64,000 bases of DNA from the human T2T-CHM13v2.0 reference genome, Homo sapiens, in NCBI RefSeq assembly GCF_009914755.1, contig NC_060925.1. The stretch is one strand, 5' to 3'. Shown here one piece after another: positions 54,262-64,000 of the stretch. Every line of letters begins with the position of its first letter. Position 1 is the first letter of the stretch. The translations under genes were made by a program, and so were the position numbers. The notes beneath the pieces were generated by a model that searched no databases, was not told where the DNA came from, and saw only the letters and a list, made by a program, of their open reading frames with translations.

Positions 54262-56957
54262 GAGTGTGGCTGAGCAGATCTTCTGATCATCAGGGATAGC
54301 TAGTAATTTCTGCTGCTTATTGATCATGGTCATGTGCTATTCATTGTACTGCGTGGTTTAAATATACTGCCTCACATAATCTACTCATTACCCTGTGAAG
54401 AATGTATGACTATCCCTATTTTCCAGCTAGGAAAGCTGAGAATAATAGAGGTTATGTGATTTTTTTAAAGTTAGAGATTTATTAAGCACCAAGGCTAGAG
54501 CTCTAACATCTCCTGATTCCAAAGCACCTGCTTTCAGCCACGCTGCTACACATTCTTCCTGATGGGAATCTCCCAGGTGCAGCCACTAAAGGCCTGCTGA
54601 AGCCACCATGACTTCCGATTCTCCCTTTTCAGTCAGGGCAACGTAAATGCTAATCAGCTCTTTTTCTTCCAGCCCACATCAAGGGATGTAATGTCAGGAG
54701 TATGGCCAATGCAGGATCCACCTGTGTATATTCCAGGTCCTTAGGTATACCACAACTTTTTAGAAGTTCTGATAACACATTAGCAAACTAGGGTCTTATC
54801 ATTGCTATGGCTTCCAGATAAGGGACAATGCAAATAACTTTGCTTTCTCAAGGAGCAACAGTGACCTGCAGTGGTTAAGTTAATTCCCAGGTGAGGGTGT
54901 GAGTGTGTGTATATACCTGTGAGCACTTTCAATCACGCCTGTCTGTGAGTCAGACTGATCAGGAACAGAAATATAACAATACCTGGAGGAATTCTTGTGC
55001 TGAAAACTTTGTGAAGATGCAAAAGTTCTTACAAATGAGATCACCTGCCCCCTGAAGTTGAGTGTATACAGTGTGTTGCTCTTTTCTGCCAGAATTTTGT
55101 TCCAGTGGACTTCCCTCAGGCTCTTCCCCTGCCCTGACTCTCCCCAACAGTAGGTAGAAAAGAGAGGGAGGGAAGGAGAGGTGGAGGGGATATGCATATT
55201 TCCTCCATTTCTCCATTTACAGTTTTGGCTAAGACTTTTGAAAATCTCTGGGTTCTCACCTGCACTGTTCCCTCTGCCTGGCATATCCTCCTCTGCTCCT
55301 CTACCTGGTGAACCCACTCAAAGGCTTCCTTTACTGTTATTCTTCATGTCTGCAGGCAGTGTTGGCAGCTCTCTCAGGTCAGTATTCCAACCCTATTATA
55401 ATATTTCTATTTGTTTTTACAACCGCAAGACCTAATATAATAAATAGGCATATTCTCGGTGCTCAATAAATATTTGTTGAATGAATGTATAAATGGACAA
55501 GTAATTGAATGGTTAAAGAAAGAGGTTCCTATTAAATGTTTTCATGTTTCAAGTCCAGTTCACCCCTGAATTTTGGTGTAATTTCCAGTTTCTCAACCAT
55601 GCACTGATGAGAATTGATATTTGGACTTTGTGAAATAATGCTAATAGCTATTGTATACATTTGTGTTTAAATCACATGAAATGGAGAAACCTCATGTTGT
55701 TTTTAGTTTGGGGTGTAACCTGGGCATATTTGGCAGAAAAATCTGTTGGCTGCATGGAGAATGGAAGAAACTCATGAAAATAGATGAAGTAGGAGCTGTT
55801 GAACTTGATGTGAGAGAGACGAGGAAAGGAGATGTAGATGATTAAGACATCAGCAATGGAAAATGGAGAAGGGGCCCCAAACTTGGGTTTAGGTGTTCAG
55901 ACCTAGGGACCAGGCATTATTGTACCTGCCAATCTGGAGACATAAGATTTAGAAGAAAGTCCAAAGATAAAAGTGAGGGGCGGGACATGGAAGTAAAATG
56001 GTCTACACACTTTTAGGAGTTAGCAGGTGGCTCATTTTTTCAGAGAGGCTCTATTTTACATGTGAGAAGAGCTTTGTAAGGGGCTTTTTTTTTTTTTTTT
56101 TTTTTTTTTTTTGTCAGGGAAGAAGGCCAAATCTAATATGTCTTGTTGGATAGTCCTGCTGATGCTATTTCTTATCCTGTAGAAAGGGCTAGAATAGGAC
56201 ATCAGGAGACCTGGTATTAGAGAGTGCACAATAACTATGATGGGCTGTAGACTTACCATGTCTGAAGTCTGCTTGCTCCCTATTTAGGATATTGGCTTGG
56301 GAAACCAGGCCTGCAATTTGTTAGAGGAAAACTGGCATGGGGTTTGGAAGTGCTGATGGTTCTGTTTGGGGCTAAGTAGAGAACCGTGTCTTTTAAAATG
56401 GTCTAGATCACTGTTTCTCAGTCTTTAATATGCATAGGAATTATTTGGGGGTCCTTTTAAAATGCACATTCTTGTTGAGTCAGTCTGAAGTGGATCCTGA
56501 GATTTATTTCTAACAAGCTCCCTGGTGATTCTAATATTGCTGCTCTAGGTACCACACTGTGTGTAGTAAGAGGCTAAAGTGTATTCGGAGTGAAAAGGCT
56601 TTCTAACTTCAGTTCAAAAATGGACCATGTATCAGACAAAACAACTAATTAATGCTTTAGTTTTCTAATTCATGCAATGGAAATCATGCAATTGCCTCTT
56701 TCCCTTACATCTTCTTTTTAGGGATATTCTAAATGATAAGATTTGGGGATCCTCAGCACAAATGCACTAAGTGAAGAGAGGTAATTTATCCATAGCTCCA
56801 TTGGTAGAAACCTGAATGCTTCCATTTTATAATATAGGCATTTGGCATGAGACTCATCATAGTGCACATCCCTGCTCTGCCATCAACCAATTAGATAACC
56901 CCAGGCAAGTTATTTTATGTTTCTAAATCTTACCTCATCTATAAAATAAACATTTAT

Positions 56958-57848
56958 ACATTCATTGAACCAATATTTATTGACAGCTATTATGTACCAG
57001 GCATTGTGCTGCATACTGGGAATATCATAGCAAATAATGCTTTGCCCTCACCAAACTCTTTTCCATGGTGGGAGCTGATGATAAGCAAGTAAAACCAATA
57101 CACAAAATAATTCAGGGTATGCATCCTATGAAAGGAAAAAAGATGCTTTGATTAAAAAAGAAAAAGTTAGAGGGGCAAAATAAGGATGCTCTTGGGTGGT
57201 AAGAATTATGCTTAGATAGGAAGAAAGAAAAGGAGCCAGTCAGGAGAAGATAAAAAAAAGAAAAGCATCATGACTCGAGAGAATGGCACCAACTCTTGAG
57301 GCTGGGAAGGTCATGGGTTGTGCTTGGGATTCTAAGTCCAGTGTTGGTGAAGTGTATTAAGGAAGGTGAATGTGGCATTGAATAAAGTTGGAGAAAATGG
57401 AACCAGAACACACGGGACCTCGTAGGCTAAAGAAAGAAGTTTGGATTTCATTTTTCATCCTAACAGAAGCAATTGAAATATTCTACACAGGGAAATTTAT
57501 TTTTTTGAAAGTTCCCTCCGACTAATCTTTGCTGACTGGCTGGGAAGGGATCTGAAGGAGAAGTGGGGTGTCCAGTTAAGAGGTGAGAGTTGGTGGCTTG
57601 TGTTAATGTTTGTGGTAATGCTGAAGTATAGAGACAATTTTCAGAAACACCTGGGAGGTAAAGCAGGACTTGTTGATGGGTTAGAAGAAAGCAGATGGGG
57701 TGACCAAAAAGGTAAGATTGAGAGGAAGAATAGAATCAGTGATGGCTTTTAAGTTCCAAGCTTGAGCAACAGGGCAGATGATAGTATCATTTACGGAGTT
57801 GGGGATGGTTGAGGAGGCTAATATCTGGAGTGAGGGAATCAAGAACTT
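56958..57848 (-). mobile_element. L2 LINE remnant
   Basis: cattcattgaaccaatatttattga...tatgtaccaggcattgtgct, then purine-rich body. Confidence 0.7.
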
Positions 57849-59148
57849 AAACAATAATAGTCCCTATCACACAGAGTGGGTCTGAGGACAAAATAGTATA
57901 GATGTATATTTTCCTATACAATAGTTAGCACTTAAGTGCTCTATGTGTTATTGTTTTTCTGTTGTTGTTATTATTCTTGAGGGAGTACCCACTGGAGACA
58001 TCAGGTCCCCTTGGTCAGCAAAGACATGATAATTCTCTGGGACTCAACAAATCATACTTTTATTTTCACAAATGGAAAATAAATGTTACTCTCGAAAACC
58101 CTACAATGGTGATAGAAGGATGGGGTGGACTATGTGTGCCTCAAGCAACATCAATCAAACTTTCAGCCAAGTTTTGATGACAAGATCTTTATTTCTAGCA
58201 ATGATGTAAGAAGCAGAAAGAGCACAGCTGGGTTTTCAGCATTAGGTGGATACCATAAGTTCTGGAAATTGGGAAAAGCACCTTCTAACTTGGAAATTGT
58301 GCTGATTTGTCTGGAGAAGTTAGAGGGAAAATAAATACAAACCTTCCCCTAACCTCGACTCCTCATGATACCATTTACAGTGTAAGGAAGAAATCACAGA
58401 GCAAGAACGCTCAACTAACAACCCTAGCCAAAAGACTGGATGCTTAGCAAAGACCAAATGGGACAGTTACAGGGCTGTGAGGTGGATGATCTCGCTCTCT
58501 GGTTTCTACACCTTACTAGCATGAGAAGGTAGCATGAATTTTAGTAGTTTACCAACCTGGCTGCACATAAAAACTTCTGGCAGGTTTAAAGATACAGAAT
58601 CCTGGGCCCCTCTCAGGAGTTTTAATGCAGTAAGCCTAGCAATCTAGATTTTTAAGTGGCTTCTACATAATTCTGATGGGATTGGTCTACACATGTAAGT
58701 TGGAAATCATTGATCTCATGATCAGAATGTTATATTATGATTTGAAAACTTTGAATCTATGAATTGCTGTGCGAACATTGGGTAAATCGCTTCATGGTTA
58801 CTAATGTGATTTCCTGCCTACAAATGAGGTATTTTAGCTGACAGACAGCAAGTAGAATGTTTTACATGGAGGGTACTTGGCATGGGCTATCAAAGATGTT
58901 TTGGAATCTCTATCCTGGTAAGGGCCTGTTTGTCTAGTATCCAATGCTGTCATTCTTTCAAATGCAATCTATTCACTTCATGACTTCAAGGAGTCGTTTG
59001 GTTCCTGATGCATAGGCCATACACAAAGGATCATTGTGAATAAAACCAGTTTTTTCATTAACAGTTTTAAAGGTGTCAAAGGTCACTCCTCAACATCACC
59101 AAACTAGAAGCAATGCAGAGGCACTGGGGATCAGTCCATCCATTGCTG

Positions 59149-59804
<656 letters not shown>

Positions 59805-60984
59805 AAAAACATGAACAGGATTGGTGGCAAGATTTAGGCTTCAGTCTTCTTCAAGGGCCCTATGGGGAAACCAAATTTCTTGGGACTAGGAAGAATCCAG
59901 AACACTCTAAATTCCTGGCACAATCCAACCAGCTCATAGCACTGAAGTGCCAAGTTCCATACCATGAATTCTCAAGACTTGCGCCATAAGCTGGGATCCA
60001 TGAAATGAACATCAGGCAAAATGAGACAGCCCTCACTATTGGGCCCCGAGATACTTAACCTATCAAATGCTTTGCTAGAAGGCTGTGGGTGAGGCTTAGA
60101 GACGTTGGTTGTCTGATGTAGAGAGATGCAGAAGTCCTGGGAGGCCCATGGAGAGACGGCAGTGCAAAGCTGTCTTCTGTACAAGGGAGAACAAACCATA
60201 AGGAAAAAGAATCTTTGAGGCTGAGAGGGGCAAAGGAACCCCTGCAGAAAGAAAACAGAATTTCCTAGGGAATTGGGACTCTCTGCCAACCCCTCCCAAC
60301 TCCTGCCTGCAGTGCCTCCTCTCCAGTCTGGGTCCGGTGTAACTGTTCTATTCTCTTGCTGCTTTCTAGCCATCCCCCTCCTTGTGTTGCTGGTGGTTTG
60401 TAGCGCAGGGCCTGTCTCGTTGTCTGGGTGCCATGATGGAAGGCTACATTCTTCTTCCCCATCCAAGTTTGATCTGTCTACTCTCACCCCTGAGGTTATT
60501 AAACTGGCAAGGAAATATATGAAATCGGCATTCTTGAATGGCTCTTTAACTCTGGGCAAGGAAAGGGAAGACTATTTCCATGGTTGAAGTATTCCAACCA
60601 ATTCAGAGAAAAATACCACATGAAGTCAAAATATGATCGTCCTGGCCAAGCAAGGGTTTTCCTTTATAATCATGCTGACATGCAAAGTTTTTACAGCCGT
60701 GCTTCTCCCCTGCTGTCAGTGGTATTGCCTGCTTTCTCCAGCTGGGGGATATCAGTTCAGCAGAGGTAGGGGAAGGATTTCATCTGTGGGAGGTGGTAGA
60801 AAGAAGAGAGTCCCCGGAGGATATAAACTCTGCAGTGTGAAGGAGGAGTAAAATATCCATTCTAGGAGAGGGACAAAAAGGAGCCTCGTTAGAGTAAAAA
60901 AGAGCTGCAAACCCTTAATTGAAAATAGATTTGGAGAGGCATTTTTAAATGTCATCTTTCTGGAGGGAAAGAAGAAACTTACTA

Positions 60985-61265
60985 AGCAATACATTTCATT
61001 TGTATAAAGTTTAAAACCAGGCAAAACTCCTCTATGCTGATGAAAGTCAGAAGTGTCTGGTGTTGCAAAGTAGTATGCTGTGAGGGTGGGGGGATTTTAA
61101 CTGGGAAGGAATGCAAGGGGGAATTCTTAGGGGCTAGACATGTTCTGTATCTTGATCTGACTGGTGGTTACCCAGCTGCATTCACAGGTAAAACTTCCTC
61201 AAGCCGTACGCTAAGATTTGCATATTTTTCTATATGTAATTCATTACTCAATACAAAAATTTAAA
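60985..61265 (+). mobile_element. L1ME-type 3' end fragment
   Basis: tttgtataaagtttaaaaccaggcaaaact...gttctgtatcttgatctga. Confidence 0.65.
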
Positions 61266-61547
61266 GTGAAACTTCTTTTTTGCCCACTTATGGATGTGGC
61301 ATTGGGACACAGGTCATCTGAGTGCTCAGCCCAGGATGAGGACGCATTAATAAAACTGTGGAGCACGCCAGGAACAGTCAGAGCCTGACGTGGCAGGAGG
61401 ACCGGGGGCTTCTGCTGTGAGCAAACCTGGGTCTGCATCCTGCCTGCAGGGTTTACCGTGTGTTTTGAATAAGCTTTAATTTTCTCTCAGGCTCAGTTTT
61501 CTTCTTAAGTGTGGATAATAACATTTACCTTTAAATGTTGTTTGATC

Positions 61548-61809
61548 CAAATACCATATGTTCTCACTTATAAGTGGGAGGGGAGCACTGAGTATACATG
61601 GACACAAAGAAGGGAACAACAGACAGTGGGGCCCACCTGAGGGTGGAGAGGAAGAGGAGGGTGAGGATGGAAAAACTACCTACAGGATACTATGCTTATT
61701 ACCTGGGTGATGAAATAATCTGTACACCAAACCACTGTGACATGCAATTCACTCATGTAACAAACTTGCACATGTACCCCTGAACCTGAAAGTTGGAAAG
61801 AAAAAAAAA
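61548..61809 (+). mobile_element. Short old primate L1 3' end (L1PA16/PB-like) inserted in a MIR
   Basis: aaataccatatgttctcacttataagtgggag...catgtacccctgaacc plus A-tail; degenerate TSD aaatgttgtttg / aagtgctgtttg. Confidence 0.8.
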
Positions 61810-61935
61810 GTGCTGTTTGGAGGATTCAACAAAATAATGTACATAGGTATCTTGCCAAACACTTGAAATATAGATCAAAAATGGCATTTATTTTAATAGC
61901 TAGAAGATACATGTCCACACAGACTATGATGCTAA

Positions 61936-62250
<315 letters not shown>

Positions 62251-62494
62251 AAAAATTAGATTTCTATTGCAAAATGTCCTTGGGAATAAAGTTATGAATC
62301 TAAATAATTATTTAACAATAAAACACTCCACTTATTTCTAAGTATATATTATTTACATATGTTTAACTATTAAAATATTTTATTATTAAAATTATTTGAA
62401 GTTGAATGAATTCTGTGATGTGAGGTCTTCGACAAATTACTTAACATCCTTTAGTGTGTTTCTGTGAGGTGGGGATTAAAGAGATGATTTCATA

Positions 62495-62887
<393 letters not shown>

Positions 62888-63861
62888 TCAATGATTCAAT
62901 TCAGCAGATACTTACTTAATGCCGAATATAAACCAGATATCACTTTAGTTCTTGGGAATTACAAACAAGACCACCACATAGCCTCTGGCTTCTGGAAGCT
63001 TCCAATCTAGTGGGAAAGACAGTCACATGTGCATTTATAAAACAATGTGATAAATGTTTTACTAGTGCTGCAGAAGCTACAGGAGGTATTGCACTATAGT
63101 CAGTTAGAAGACAACATGCAAGGGTTGGTGGGCATATTTAACCTTAAAAGGGGTGTAATGAGACTAGAAAATGGTGATTTAAGGCTGCCACATATTTGAA
63201 AGAGTCAATGGCCAAAGGGTTATTCATATTTTAGAATTACAAGCTTATCTGTAACCAGGAGTGTTTTTCATTAGAAGTGGATATGTTAAAATGGCAAATG
63301 GAAAGCACTTTCAAACTGCAGTGAGTCAAAAGGGGAATGGAATGGAATCCTCAGTAGGGAGGACCCTAATTCCATTGACTCCAATCCACATCAAATGCTG
63401 TCACTCTGGTTGGGGACCATGTCTGGGCATGAGAAGGAGGACCAATTCTTCCAGGGCAGTATTGAGTCATGTCTACTTTGAGAAGCTGGTGAAAGTTATG
63501 AACTCTTTCCAAGGAAAAATAAACTTGTAAACAAATGGAGCAGTCATCTCAGAAGTTATTTTCCTTCTGAAAGTTAGGTTCAGAATCTCTGTTTTAAAAG
63601 AAAACTCATATTGCTGCACTTTCTCCCCTCTCTGAAGAACCAATAAATAGTAGCAACTTCATCAATTAAATTGCCATATCAACACTGTTGATCCTCAAAT
63701 CACTTCTGATCAGTTCTTTGAATGTGTGATAACCTTTTTTGTACCCCATCTTACCTGACATTTCGTTGTACTTAGATGTGAGTCTTTTCCAAGATGAAGA
63801 TCTCAGAGAAAACCCAATTACAATTTAGATGCTGTACTATTTATCAAACCCTCTTAAGAAT

Positions 63862-64000
63862 AACCTAAATGTCCAACAATGATAGACTGGATTAAGAAAA
63901 TGTGGCACATATACACACCATGGAATACTATGCAGCCATAAAAAATGATGAGTTCATGTCCTTTGCAGGGGCATGGATGAAGCTGGAAACCATCATTCTC
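63862..64000 (+). mobile_element. 5'-truncated L1PA, runs off the window
   Basis: aaatgtccaacaatgatagactggattaagaaaatgtggcac, the same ORF2 end seen at 26671-26800. Confidence 0.9.

Noticed and set aside
59972-60559. 195-aa minus-strand ORF
   Set aside because: No recognisable domain, splice context or codon pattern; consistent with a chance ORF in a locally GC-richer intron segment.

Overview
Human intragenic DNA on the + strand of PAPPA2 (pappalysin-2, the IGFBP-3/-5 metalloprotease). Human origin is indicated by a pre-Ta L1HS element and AluY copies. Five internal coding exons (14326-14461, 14680-14896, 40395-40566, 44336-44513, 45696-45909; probably exons 13-17, numbering from memory) splice in frame through canonical GT-AG sites. 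They encode the end of the central region and Sushi/CCP modules 1-3. The rest (>98%) is intron containing 10 Alus, several L1s, MaLR LTRs, Tigger/MER DNA-transposon fossils, L2/MIR and microsatellites. I see no new gene or multi-gene system. The most interesting structures are: a twin-primed, 5'-inverted human-specific pre-Ta L1 that forms an ~1.1 kb inverted pair with an older L1; a tail-less internal L1 fragment; a ~250 bp AT-rich palindrome; a pre-miRNA-sized hairpin; a perfect 67 bp tandem duplication; and an exon phase pattern (all exons 3n+1 nt) that would give a stop-free circular ORF if three exons back-spliced. Repeat subfamily calls come from remembered consensus motifs and need RepeatMasker/Dfam confirmation.
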